Source: a bacterium
GTDB lineage: Bacteria; Patescibacteriota; Minisyncoccia; Sungbacterales; SURF-37
Assembly (NCBI GenBank): GCA_030648055.1
Contig: JAUSHI010000009.1
Span: forward strand, 47,722-111,721
Reading direction: 5' to 3'
Length of the DNA stretch: 64,000 nucleotides
This document shows, piece after piece, positions 46,590-55,874 of the stretch (positions within the stretch are counted from its first letter, which is position 1; every line of letters begins with the position of its first letter). The translations under genes and the position numbers were made by a program. The notes below the pieces were generated by a model. The model was not told the DNA's origin, did not search any database, and worked only from the letters and a program-made list of their open reading frames with translations.

Positions 46590-48071
46590 ATGATCGCTTT
46601 GGCGCGGAAAACATGGCATCGTTTTTTTGGTGACTTCAGGGCCAGATACATTCCGCTTCTTATGGTGTATTTTGCTTACGGAGCAGCCGGCTTCTCGGCT
46701 ATTGCCGAGAGCTTTTGGGTCAAGGAACAGCTTTCTCTTTCAGCTCGAGACCTTGCCGTTATCGGTTTTTGGGTTGGCATTCCCTGGACCGTCAAGATGG
46801 TTTTTGGACAGTTTGCCGATAGCATTTCTATTTTCGGGTCGCGCCGAAAAATTTATATTTTTGCGGGCGCGGGCCTTATTGCGCTTGGTCAGGCGATTCT
46901 AATCGGGCTTGCGGCGGGATGGCCGCTAGTGAAACAGTTTGGAATGCCGGAGAATCTATTTTTTCTTGCCGCGGTTGTTTCCGTGGTCGGCTTCGTCTTG
47001 CAGGACGTCATTGCCGATACGATGAGTACCGAAGTTGTTGACCGGGTGAATCTCGATGGCACTCCTCGGCCACAAGAAGAAGTTGATTCCGATCTCGCTC
47101 AGGTTCAATGGCTCGGCCGGATCGCACTCATAGTGGCCGGTGTTTTGGTCTCCGGTATCGGCGGCTGGCTGGCCCAAGTGACGAGCTATACCACGATGTT
47201 CACACTTGCTCTCTTTGTTCCGGTGATTTCTATGACTGGAGCCGTGTTTATCCGCGTGAATCAAGCGCCACAGAGCCCGGTTAACTGGTGGGTTCTCGGT
47301 GGCGGGCTTCTCTTTGGTGTCTTTGTAGTCGGCATTAAGTTTTCCGGCCTTCCGCTTGCCGAAGAGATCGTCTTTGCCGCATCTCTGGGGACTCTCATTT
47401 TTTTGATCTCCAGGATTGGCATTTCTCGGGCCTTGGCTTTTGCGGCAATCACTTTATTTCTTTTCCGCGCGACTCCGGGCGCGGGGCCGGGTGTTGGTTG
47501 GTGGACGATTGATGTTTTGGGATTTGATAAGGCCTTTCAGGGGACGCTCCAGCAGATCGGGTCAATCCTTACTCTTGCCGGCCTCTTTTTGTTCCGAAAG
47601 TATATTATTGAGAAGCCCATTGGGTTTACTCTTGCTTGGCTTACGGTGGCGGGCGCGATAGTTTCGCTTCCGACCATTGGTCTTTTTTACAGCATTCACG
47701 AGATGATCGGCGTCTCGGCGCGCACCATAGCGCTCGTTGATACTACGATTGCCTCACCTCTTGGCCAGCTTTCCATGGTGCCGCTTCTTACCCTTACTGC
47801 GAGGACTTGCCCTAAGGGTAATGCGGGTACATGGTTTGCTTTGATGGCATCACTAATGAATTTAGCATTATCCGCAAGTCAGCTCGGGACAAAGTATTTA
47901 AACACCGCTTGGGTAGTGACGCGCGAAGTGCGTAATGCTTCGGGCTCGGTGGTTACCGCGGCTGATTATTCAAATGTCGGCGTGCTCCTCATCACCACGT
48001 GGGTGATCGGGCTTGTCGTGCCGCTTTTCACTATTTGGTTCTTTCTCCGGAGAAGTAGTTCTTCCGGCTAA
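46590..48071 (+). CDS. BT1-family folate-biopterin transporter (MFS)
   Basis: Twelve predicted TM segments. IPWTVKMVFGQFADSISIFGSRRK matches the BT1 signature. Confidence 0.6.
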   Translation: MIALARKTWHRFFGDFRARYIPLLMVYFAYGAAGFSAIAESFWVKEQLSLSARDLAVIGFWVGIPWTVKMVFGQFADSISIFGSRRKIYIFAGAGLIALGQAILIGLAAGWPLVKQFGMPENLFFLAAVVSVVGFVLQDVIADTMSTEVVDRVNLDGTPRPQEEVDSDLAQVQWLGRIALIVAGVLVSGIGGWLAQVTSYTTMFTLALFVPVISMTGAVFIRVNQAPQSPVNWWVLGGGLLFGVFVVGIKFSGLPLAEEIVFAASLGTLIFLISRIGISRALAFAAITLFLFRATPGAGPGVGWWTIDVLGFDKAFQGTLQQIGSILTLAGLFLFRKYIIEKPIGFTLAWLTVAGAIVSLPTIGLFYSIHEMIGVSARTIALVDTTIASPLGQLSMVPLLTLTARTCPKGNAGTWFALMASLMNLALSASQLGTKYLNTAWVVTREVRNASGSVVTAADYSNVGVLLITTWVIGLVVPLFTIWFFLRRSSSSG

Positions 48072-48098
48072 CAGACGGGAAATCCCGTCTGTTTTTTC
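48071..48098 (+). terminator. Rho-independent terminator
   Basis: acagacggg-aaat-cccgtctgt followed by tttttc. Confidence 0.7.
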
Positions 48099-48124
48099 AT
48101 TGTTTGCCTTCGACGTGTCGTCGG

Positions 48125-48265
48125 AGTTGCAAACAATAGAACCCAGCCCTCTAAGCCATTGAATTACTTTGCTTCTTTGACTAAAAGCCCTTCACTTATA
48201 TTTATAAATGACACTTATTCGAACAGCATAGAGGGCTGGGTGAAGGTTTTGTAACCAAAATTTGG
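48125..48265. mobile_element. Family B MITE-like element, copy I (diverged outer TIRs; core TIR CCCAGCCCTCTA...TAGAGGGCTGGG)
   Basis: Core 48142..48240. The flanking sequence resembles the family consensus TIR extension. Confidence 0.65.
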
Positions 48266-48380
48266 AACAAATTTTGGACAAAGCCCTTCATTTGACTCAA
48301 TTATTTTTATGTAGTACAGCTAAATATATAGCAGGTTCGTTTAAAACCTCTACGGAGGAAATAAGAAAAGGAGAAAGCTC

Positions 48381-49607
48381 ATGAAACTTCATTGGGTTTT
48401 CGTTATCGTTTTTGCGTTTCTTGTCGTTTCTCTTGGTACGGTTATGGCGCCGGTTACGGTCCATTCGGCGGAGCCTACTGGCGAAGAGGTAAACACTATC
48501 AAGGCAGAGATGATGACGTTCGCTGAAATTCTTTACTACTACGCCACAGAAGCGCTTGAAAAGCCCGCGGACCTCAAGGCCTGTGCCTATGAGATGCTTC
48601 GCATGAAGCCCGCGGAGCAGAAGAGTTGCCGTGACAAGTATTCGGTTTGGTATCCGAAGGAAGAGGTTGAAATGGTTGAGGCAGACATGGAGGGAAAGTT
48701 TGGCGGCATCGGCGCGGAGCTTACTGACAAGGACGGAAAAGTTGTGGTCGTGGCTCCCATTGACGGCACGCCGGCATTTCGCGCAGGTTTGAAGCCCGGG
48801 GACGAAATTCTTGAAGTTGATGGCGTTAAGGTTGAGAGTGTGTCTGGTGCGGTAAAGCGCGTTCGCGGGAAGATCGGAACATCAGTTGAGATAAAAGTTA
48901 GGCGCGATGGGAAGAACGACACGATCGTTTTCACAATCGTTCGTGCCGAGATCGTCATTCAGGCGGTTGAGATGAAAGTGCTTCACGGCGCGAATGGAGA
49001 GGCGGGGTATCTTCGCGTGAAGACCTTCAGCGAAGTGATGCCCGATGAGTTTCACAAAGAGATGACGAAACTTCGTGATTCCGGTATTACCAAGGTTGTT
49101 CTTGATTTTCGTGGTAATCCCGGTGGGTTTCTTAATGTAGCATTAGATATTCTTTACGATTTTGCGCGTGAAAGCGATACTTTGATGGTCATGCGCGAGC
49201 GCGATGAGGAAACGGTGTTTGATGCTCTGTCTGTGGGGCGCGCGGTTTTGAAAACCGAGCGCAAACGCACACATGGAATGTTTCTCGGTATGGCGGTTGT
49301 GATTCTCGTGAACAAAGGGAGCGCTTCTGCCTCGGAGGTCTTCGCCGGGACCATGAAGGATTGGGGGTATCCGGTGATTGGCACGAATACTTTCGGCAAG
49401 GGGATTGGACAAACGCATCTTCCGCTTTCCGATGGTTCGGTTTTGAGTCTGACCACTTTTGAGTTCCTGGTCGGCAACTCCAGGACTAAGATTCACGGCA
49501 TCGGTGTTATTCCGACTCATAGTGTTGTCGGGCCGAGGCCAGCCACTTCCGAAATTCTTCGTGAAGACAAACAGCTTGAAAAAGCGCTTGAATTGCTTTT
49601 CAAGTAA
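48381..49607 (+). CDS. ctpA: S41-family C-terminal processing peptidase with PDZ domain
   Basis: Signal peptide, PDZ (GIGAELTDKDGKVVVVAPIDGTPAFRAGLKPGDEIL), S41 motifs VLDFRGNPGGFL and GSASASE. Confidence 0.8.
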   Translation: MKLHWVFVIVFAFLVVSLGTVMAPVTVHSAEPTGEEVNTIKAEMMTFAEILYYYATEALEKPADLKACAYEMLRMKPAEQKSCRDKYSVWYPKEEVEMVEADMEGKFGGIGAELTDKDGKVVVVAPIDGTPAFRAGLKPGDEILEVDGVKVESVSGAVKRVRGKIGTSVEIKVRRDGKNDTIVFTIVRAEIVIQAVEMKVLHGANGEAGYLRVKTFSEVMPDEFHKEMTKLRDSGITKVVLDFRGNPGGFLNVALDILYDFARESDTLMVMRERDEETVFDALSVGRAVLKTERKRTHGMFLGMAVVILVNKGSASASEVFAGTMKDWGYPVIGTNTFGKGIGQTHLPLSDGSVLSLTTFEFLVGNSRTKIHGIGVIPTHSVVGPRPATSEILREDKQLEKALELLFK

Positions 49608-49616
49608 TAAATGATT

Positions 49617-49643
49617 CAAAAAGGCGCCAGCGCGCCTTTTTTC
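49617..49643 (+). terminator. Rho-independent terminator
   Basis: aaaaaggcgc-cagc-gcgcc followed by ttttttc. Confidence 0.65.
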
Positions 49644-49693
49644 TTTGCCAATGTTGTCTAAATTTATAAGCTGAGTTCAATGCGAGGCGCAAT

Positions 49694-49836
49694 AAATTTA
49701 GTTACAACATTGAGCACCCAGCCCTCTATGCTGTTCGAATAAGTGCAATTCATAAATATAAGTGAAGAGTTTTTAATCAAAGAAGCAAAGTAATTCAATG
49801 GCTTAGAGGGCTGGGTGAAGGTTTTGTTGCCAAAAT
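49694..49836. mobile_element. Family B MITE-like element, copy II (inverted relative to copy I; long TIRs)
   Basis: aaatttagttacaacattgagcaCCCAGCCCTCTA ... TAGAGGGCTGGGtgaaggttttgttgccaaaatt. The internal segment is the reverse complement of copy I's internal segment. Confidence 0.7.
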
Positions 49837-49845
49837 TATGCGCGC

Positions 49846-51852
49846 TTACGCGCTTTTATTTTGGACAAAGCCCCTCATTTCCTCCAAAGTTTCGTTCAGC
49901 ATTTGGCAGTATAAATTGAAGCCGACTTTGTTGATCGCACCCGATTGTTCGCGGCCGAGAATATTCCCAGCACCCCGGATTTCAAGATCTCTTAACGCGA
50001 TTTCATATCCCGAGCCGAGTTCCGAAAATTCCTGAAGAGCGGTGAGCCGGGCAAGGGCTTTTTCGGTGAGGCTAGCCCGGGCGCCGGTCGCCCTAGGGTT
50101 TTGCGATCGATAAAGGAAATAAGAATAAGCTTGCCTGTCGCCCCGGCCGATCCTGCCTCGCAATTGGTGCGCCTGGGCAAGACCAAGTTTTGTCGCGTCT
50201 TCAACGATGAGTGTGTTTACGTTTGAAAAATCAAGCCCGTTTTCAATGATGGTCGTGGCCAGGAGCATGTCAAATTTTTTATTGCGGAATTCATTCATTA
50301 CCGAGAGCATTTCTTGTTCCGGCATTCTTCCGTGTATTATGCGGATTTTTACTTGCGGAAGAAGTTTGGCAAGTTTTTCTTTGAAAAGGCCCATGGTCTC
50401 TACGCGGTTATGCAGAAAATAGATCTGTCCGCCTCTTGCCAGCTCCTCATTAACGGCTCCGCGGATAATTTTTTGTGAATAGGGCAGTACTATGGTTTTT
50501 ATGGCGATTCTCCCGGGTGGCGGCGTTTCTATTACAGATATGTCCCGGAGGCGCGTTAAGGCCAAAGAAAGAGTCCGCGGTATCGGGGTTGCCGAAAGCG
50601 AGATAATATCAACTTCTCCGCGCATTTCTTTGAAGCGTTCTTTTTGTTTGACTCCGAATTTTTGTTCTTCATCAATTATGGCGAGTCCCAGATTGGCGAA
50701 ATTTATATCTTTTGAAATTAGGCGGTGGGTTCCGATGACTATGTCAATTTTTCCCGAAGAAATTTTGGAAAGAATTTCCTTTTCTTCTTTTTTGGGAGTA
50801 AGCCGTGAAAGGAGGGCTATTGTCACTCCGGTCTCGCTGAAGCGCTCGGTAAAATTCCTAAGATGCTGATCGGCGAGAATAGTGGTCGGGCTTATGAGGG
50901 CGACTTGTTTTCCTGTGGCAACCGCGCGAAAAGCCGCGCGCATGGCAATCTCCGTTTTCCCGAAGCCGACGTCTCCGCAGATAATTCTATCCATCGGTCT
51001 TTTTTTAAGCATGTCGTCTTTAACGTCGTCAGTTGCTTTACGCTGGTCCGCTGTTTCATTAAACGCGAAATTTTCTTCAAATTCCTTTTGAAAGCCCTCG
51101 TTGTCCTGATACGGAGGGCGCGTGGAGAGAGCTCGTTTTTTATAAAGCTCCAGGAGTTCACGCGCCAAAATTTCAGTTGATTCTTTTACTTTTCTTCTTG
51201 TTGTAAACCAAACTGTTCCACCGAGGCGGTGTACGCTCGGCGTTTCAAAGCCGATGTATGGCGAGAGTTTTTTGGCCTGCTCTCTCGGGACAAGCAGGCG
51301 GTCGGGTTCGGTCCTGTTTTTGGGCGGGGCGTATTCCAGCAAAAAATATTCTTTGCCGTTTTCTTTTATTTTTCCGCGGTATATTCCGATACCATGGTCA
51401 AGATGAACCATAAAACTGTTTGGCAGAGTTTTTTCAAGCGACATTCTGAATGAAATCTTCGGCCCCGTTGTTGCCGATTCGCGCTCAAAAATTTTTATGG
51501 TTTCAATAGTGTTTCCGAAAAATTCAATTCTGAAGGGTGATGGTGAGTTTATCGGCCATACTTCAAGGATATTCCCCTGCCAGAGGAATTCTCCCCGGCC
51601 GAAAATTTTTCCGGTTTTTTCATAACCAAAATCAACAAGGTGTCTTAAAACTTGCGACGGCTTGATTGTTTGGCCTTTTTCAAGGAATAACGCCGAATCT
51701 TTCCACGTGTCGGAGGTTTCTTTGGCCTTTTTGATTTGTGATAAGTTTTCCGAAAACCATGAAAACCCCCGTTCTAAAAATTGGGGGGTGATGCGAACTA
51801 TTAAAATTTCTTTTAATTCATTCGGCACGCGGAGCATTTTACGCTCATTCAT
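49846..51852 (-). CDS. mfd: Transcription-repair coupling factor Mfd, minimal form (RNAP-interaction region plus translocase; lacks UvrB-homology N-module and C-terminal D7)
   Basis: Walker A GDVGFGKTEIAMRAAF, helicase motifs, and the TRG motif LRDLEIRGAGNILGREQSG. It is only 668 aa, against about 1150 aa for canonical Mfd. Confidence 0.75.
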   Translation of the reverse strand: MNERKMLRVPNELKEILIVRITPQFLERGFSWFSENLSQIKKAKETSDTWKDSALFLEKGQTIKPSQVLRHLVDFGYEKTGKIFGRGEFLWQGNILEVWPINSPSPFRIEFFGNTIETIKIFERESATTGPKISFRMSLEKTLPNSFMVHLDHGIGIYRGKIKENGKEYFLLEYAPPKNRTEPDRLLVPREQAKKLSPYIGFETPSVHRLGGTVWFTTRRKVKESTEILARELLELYKKRALSTRPPYQDNEGFQKEFEENFAFNETADQRKATDDVKDDMLKKRPMDRIICGDVGFGKTEIAMRAAFRAVATGKQVALISPTTILADQHLRNFTERFSETGVTIALLSRLTPKKEEKEILSKISSGKIDIVIGTHRLISKDINFANLGLAIIDEEQKFGVKQKERFKEMRGEVDIISLSATPIPRTLSLALTRLRDISVIETPPPGRIAIKTIVLPYSQKIIRGAVNEELARGGQIYFLHNRVETMGLFKEKLAKLLPQVKIRIIHGRMPEQEMLSVMNEFRNKKFDMLLATTIIENGLDFSNVNTLIVEDATKLGLAQAHQLRGRIGRGDRQAYSYFLYRSQNPRATGARASLTEKALARLTALQEFSELGSGYEIALRDLEIRGAGNILGREQSGAINKVGFNLYCQMLNETLEEMRGFVQNKSA

Positions 51853-51969
51853 GCTAACATAACGAGTGTTTTTTTTGAAAATGCGTTATTAAAATGTTTT
51901 CGGATTTATTCTAACAAATCAGATGATCGTCGGTTGTGTTAGAATAAAAAATCAATGAACTCGGCGAGT

Positions 51970-52537
51970 TTATTGTGCGTTATATGCGTTCATTATAATT
52001 TCCGGCCGGTTTTCTCTAAGTGTTTCAAGCGCGTTGGCGGTTTGTTTAATTATTTTTGCAATCGCGCGTTTTTCGTTGGGTGTGAATTTTTGCAATACTA
52101 ATTTTTCCGCTGGAACTCTCTTTTTTTTCTGGACACCTATTCTAAACCGCCAATAGGCTTCGGTTTTTAACGCGCGTTTCACTGATTCAACGCCTTTATG
52201 GCCTCCTGAACTTTTATTGAAAGAAAGTTTTGCTCTCCCAAGTTCAATATCGGAATCGTCGTGCACGATAATAACGGCGGAGGGTTTAGTTTTATAAAAA
52301 CGCGCGGCTGGTCCTACTGCGTTTCCGGATTTATTCATAAATGTTTCGGGTAGCACTAAAACCAATTTTTCCTTTCCAAGTTTTGTCTCGGCGACCAGTG
52401 CGTTCCATTTTTTGTTGAATGAAAAATCATTCGCGTTTATTTTTTTGTGGAATGCCAAAAGAACCATGCGCCCGACGTTGTGGCGCGTTTCCTCATATTC
52501 TTTTCCGGGGTTTCCCAGGCCAACTATTAAATACATG
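51970..52537 (-). CDS. pth: Peptidyl-tRNA hydrolase
   Basis: MYLIVGLGNPGKEYEETRHNVG is the canonical Pth N-terminus. The ORF-track extension to 52671 runs into the repeat element and is probably not translated. Confidence 0.85.
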
Positions 52538-52559
52538 CCAATTTTATTTGAGCGGAGCG

Positions 52560-52705
52560 AAATTATAAAATTGAGCACCCCGCCCTCTAAGTTGTAAGCG
52601 TTTTTTGTGTCCGACAAATGAAATGAGCCGGCTCTTAAAAATAATAATACTCCTATTATGTCATACGGCATAGGGGGCGGGGTTCTGGTTTTTGTTTCAA
52701 CAGTT
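52560..52705. mobile_element. Family B MITE-like element, copy III (variant core TIR CCCCGCCCTCTA...TAGGGGGCGGGG)
   Basis: ttgagcaCCCCGCCCTCTAag ... caTAGGGGGCGGGGttctggtttttg. The tail tttcgctccgctcaaataaaattggcATG ends at the pth start codon. Confidence 0.65.
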
Positions 52706-52764
52706 CTTCGCCATTTATGGCTTAAACTTTTGACAAAAACCGAAAAGTGCGCTAAAATGCGATA

Positions 52765-53316
52765 ATGGATCAGGAAACATCATTTGGAAAGAGCGTAAAA
52801 GAGTTTGTTAAATTTCTTCTTATTGCTTCCGCGATTGCTCTTCCAATACGGTATTTTATAGCACAGCCCTTTATTGTTAAGGGTGCCTCAATGGTCCCCA
52901 CGTTTGAAAACGGACAGTATTTGATTGTTGATGAAGCGACTTATTTTTTGCGTCAGCCGGCGCGCGGCGAAGTAATTGTATTTCGTTATCCGCTTGATCA
53001 GCGGCAATTTTTTATTAAACGCATAATCGGCCTTCCTGGCGAGACGGTAGAGGTAAAAGACGGTAAAGTGAAAATTGATCTTCCAAACGGGAGAGGAGAA
53101 ATGGTTTTGGACGAGCCGTATCTTCCCAAGGACTTGCGAACCGACGGAAATACAAAAGTTGCGCTTGGAATAGAAGATTATTTTGTTCTCGGCGATAATC
53201 GTTCACAGAGTTCAGACAGCAGAATGTGGGGGGTTTTGCCGAGGAGCCTGATAACCGGGCGCGCCTTAATACGGGCTTGGCCGGTTTCTGCGGCAGGTAT
53301 ATTGGTTGGTCACTAA
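52765..53316 (+). CDS. lepB: Signal peptidase I
   Basis: S26 motifs GASMVPTF (Ser) and GDNRSQSSDSRMWG, plus an N-terminal TM. Confidence 0.8.
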   Translation: MDQETSFGKSVKEFVKFLLIASAIALPIRYFIAQPFIVKGASMVPTFENGQYLIVDEATYFLRQPARGEVIVFRYPLDQRQFFIKRIIGLPGETVEVKDGKVKIDLPNGRGEMVLDEPYLPKDLRTDGNTKVALGIEDYFVLGDNRSQSSDSRMWGVLPRSLITGRALIRAWPVSAAGILVGH

Positions 53317-53545
53317 CATAGAAGGAAAAATAATTTGGACATGCCATCCCCCGCCAATTTTGGGGGGCATGCCGGGGCGAAGCGCTTCGCCCAAAAGGGT
53401 TGTCCTATTCGGACACGCGCTTCGCAAAAGTTACTCATGACATTTTTCTTCCAAATATTTGTCCAGTTGTAACGGCAAAATTGGAGGAGGATGCTCATGA
53501 TTGTAACTAAATTTTATTCGCTTGTGCTCTAAAATTTAGACAATC

Positions 53546-54967
53546 ATGGCAAAACAAAAAATAAAAGAATTTCGCTCTCCGCGCGGAACACACGATATTC
53601 TTCCCGAAGAACAGAGGTTGTGGGATAAAATCCGGCAGGAAGCGCGGGAAATTTCTCTTTTTTACGGTTTCGACAGGATTGACCCGCCGCATTTTGAGCA
53701 TACCGAACTTTTTGAATTAGGCATCGGGAGCGATACCGAAATAGTTACAAAACAAATGTATTCATTTAGAACAAGGGGTGGCGATTCTTTAACTTTGAGG
53801 CCTGAAGGTACGCCTTCAATTATGCGGGCTTTTTTTGAGCATGGCATGCTGAATCTACCCCAGCCCGTAAAGCTTTATTATTTTGGTTCGTTTTTTCGCC
53901 ACGAATCTCCTCAGCGCGGAAGGTCCCGTGAATTTAACCAATGGGGTCTTGAGCTTATCGGAGAGCAAGGCCCGGTGGCGGACGCGCAGATAATTCAGGC
54001 ACTTTTTGTTTTCTTGAAAGAGCTTGGCCTTAAAAACGCGATTATAGAAATAAATTCCATTGGCTGTGAGGTTTGCAGGCCGCGATATCGCTCGGAACTT
54101 GCCGCGTATTATCGCTCAAGAGCTAAAGGGCTTTGCAAAGATTGTAAAGAAAGATTCCGCCAGAATCCACTGCGCCTTTTGGACTGCAAAGAGGAAAAAT
54201 GCATGATTGTCCGCCAGGGAGCTCCGCAGATTTTGGACCACTTGTGCGAAAACTGTAAAACCCATTTTAAACTGCTTTTGGAATTTCTAGATGAGTCCTC
54301 GCTCCCCTATCTTTTAAATCCATATCTTGTCAGGGGGCTGGATTATTATACTCGGACTGTCTTTGAGGTTTTTGTTGGCGAAGAGGAAGAAAAAAAAGAG
54401 AAGAAGCCCGGGGTGGTGGAGGAGGCCGTTGAAGTTTCGGAAAATAAAGAAGAACCTCCGGATTTAGGTTTGGAGCAAAAAGAAAAAGAGGTAATACCCG
54501 TAAAAGAAGAAGTATCGGAAATGCCAAAGCGTCTTGCGCTTGGGGGTGGAGGTAGGTACGATAATTTGGCGGAGATTATCGGCGGTAAAATTGTTCCGGC
54601 GGTCGGCGCGGCTATGGGCATTGAACGGGTAATTCTTGCTTTAAAGATGCAAGGACATAAAATGCCCGAACCCAACAAGCCAAAAGTATTTTTTGTACAG
54701 CTTGGAGAGCTTGCTCGGAGGAAAAGTTTGCCCCTGATTGAAGAGCTAAGAAAAGCAAGGATTTCAATGGCTGAATCATTGGGTAAGGACAGTATTAAAA
54801 CGCAATTAAAAATTGCTGATAAGGTCGGGGCTGAATACGCGCTTATTTTCGGGCAGAAAGAGGCTCTGGACGGGACTATGATATTGCGCGAGATGTCATC
54901 GGGTATTCAGGAGGCCCTACCGCAGGATAAGCTTATAGAAGCGCTTAAAAAGAGATTGAGGAAGTAA
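53546..54967 (+). CDS. hisS: Histidyl-tRNA synthetase (with a Zn-ribbon insertion and an acidic KE-rich insertion)
   Basis: Class II motifs (RGTHDILPEE, LRPEGT, FRHESPQRGRSREFNQWGLE, GGGRYDNL) and an anticodon-binding C-terminus. Confidence 0.9.
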   Translation: MAKQKIKEFRSPRGTHDILPEEQRLWDKIRQEAREISLFYGFDRIDPPHFEHTELFELGIGSDTEIVTKQMYSFRTRGGDSLTLRPEGTPSIMRAFFEHGMLNLPQPVKLYYFGSFFRHESPQRGRSREFNQWGLELIGEQGPVADAQIIQALFVFLKELGLKNAIIEINSIGCEVCRPRYRSELAAYYRSRAKGLCKDCKERFRQNPLRLLDCKEEKCMIVRQGAPQILDHLCENCKTHFKLLLEFLDESSLPYLLNPYLVRGLDYYTRTVFEVFVGEEEEKKEKKPGVVEEAVEVSENKEEPPDLGLEQKEKEVIPVKEEVSEMPKRLALGGGGRYDNLAEIIGGKIVPAVGAAMGIERVILALKMQGHKMPEPNKPKVFFVQLGELARRKSLPLIEELRKARISMAESLGKDSIKTQLKIADKVGAEYALIFGQKEALDGTMILREMSSGIQEALPQDKLIEALKKRLRK

Positions 54968-55003
54968 AGGGCTTTTTCTAAAATTTGTCATTCATAGCCA
55001 CAA

Positions 55004-55173
55004 ATTTTAGCTAAAAAACCTTTACCCAGCCCCTTATGCAGTTCAAAATTAATAACAGTAAATAATGCGGTAGGTTAACATAAGAGAAAACTTAGCCCAG
55101 GCGGCTTAAGGGGCTGGGTGCTCATGTTTGTAGCTAAATTTATTTCGCTATGAGCTCATAAATTTCGACAAAC
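55004..55173 (+). mobile_element. Family B MITE-like element, copy IV (core TIR CCCAGCCCCTTA...TAAGGGGCTGGG) with a tail ending at the ATG of the HIT gene
   Basis: aaattttagctaaaaaacctttaCCCAGCCCCTTA ... TAAGGGGCTGGGtgctcatgtttgtagctaaattt + tatttcgctatgagctcataaatttcgacaaacATG. Confidence 0.7.
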
Positions 55174-55512
55174 ATGGAAGATTGTATTTTTTGCAAAATT
55201 GCCGCTAAAATTGTTTCGGCGGACATAGTTTCAGAGGATGATGAAGTAATTGTTTTCAGAGACCTTCATCCCAAAGCGCCGGTACATCTTCTGGTAGTCC
55301 CCAAAGAGCATATCCAGTCCATCGCGTACTTAAAAGAAAATCATTCCGAAATAATAGCGAAGATTATTTACCAAGCGAAGGAAAATGCCGAGAAAATTGG
55401 GTTAAAAGGATATAAATTGGTGTTTAACGTCGGGCGTGAAGGGGGCCAGGTAATTGATCACTTGCATCTTCATCTTCTCGGCGGCTGGGATAAAGCAGAG
55501 GAAGAAGCTTAA
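55174..55512 (+). CDS. HIT-family histidine triad protein
   Basis: HLHLHLLGG histidine triad. 112 aa. Confidence 0.8.
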   Translation: MEDCIFCKIAAKIVSADIVSEDDEVIVFRDLHPKAPVHLLVVPKEHIQSIAYLKENHSEIIAKIIYQAKENAEKIGLKGYKLVFNVGREGGQVIDHLHLHLLGGWDKAEEEA

Positions 55513-55571
55513 AATAGGTTGTCAGTAGAAGTTATTAAAAGCCAATAAAGCTATAAGTAATAAAAGAAAAT

Positions 55572-55829
55572 ATGGTTTACGCGATTAGAAAACAAAAAGA
55601 AACCACCGGCGCTCTTTTGCGGCGTTTTACAAAAAACGTCCAGCAATCCGGAATTCTTCTTGAGGCAAGGCGTACCCGCTTTTTTTCTAAAAAGAAGAAT
55701 AAGCGTGCGCGAAAAATCAGCGCGTTGAGGAGAATGAAGCTCGGCAAAGAGCGGGAAAAACTTATGAAGCTCGGCCGGTTAAGGCCAAAGGAAAAAAGAC
55801 CCCGCCCGACAAGAGAGCTTTCTTCGTAG
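55572..55829 (+). CDS. rpsU: 30S ribosomal protein S21
   Basis: ALRRFTKNVQQSGILLEARRTRFFSKK...RKISALRR matches the bS21 pattern, with a basic C-terminus. Confidence 0.7.
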   Translation: MVYAIRKQKETTGALLRRFTKNVQQSGILLEARRTRFFSKKKNKRARKISALRRMKLGKEREKLMKLGRLRPKEKRPRPTRELSS

Positions 55830-55874
55830 AGGTTTTTTGTGATGGGTTTTTATGCCAGGTAGTGAAAATTCGAT

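Noticed and set aside
51970-52671. N-terminal 45-aa extension of Pth predicted by the ORF track
   Set aside because: The extension is encoded by Family B copy III. The canonical Pth N-terminus MYLIVGLGNPG starts at the internal ATG 52537, which is directly fused to the element tail.
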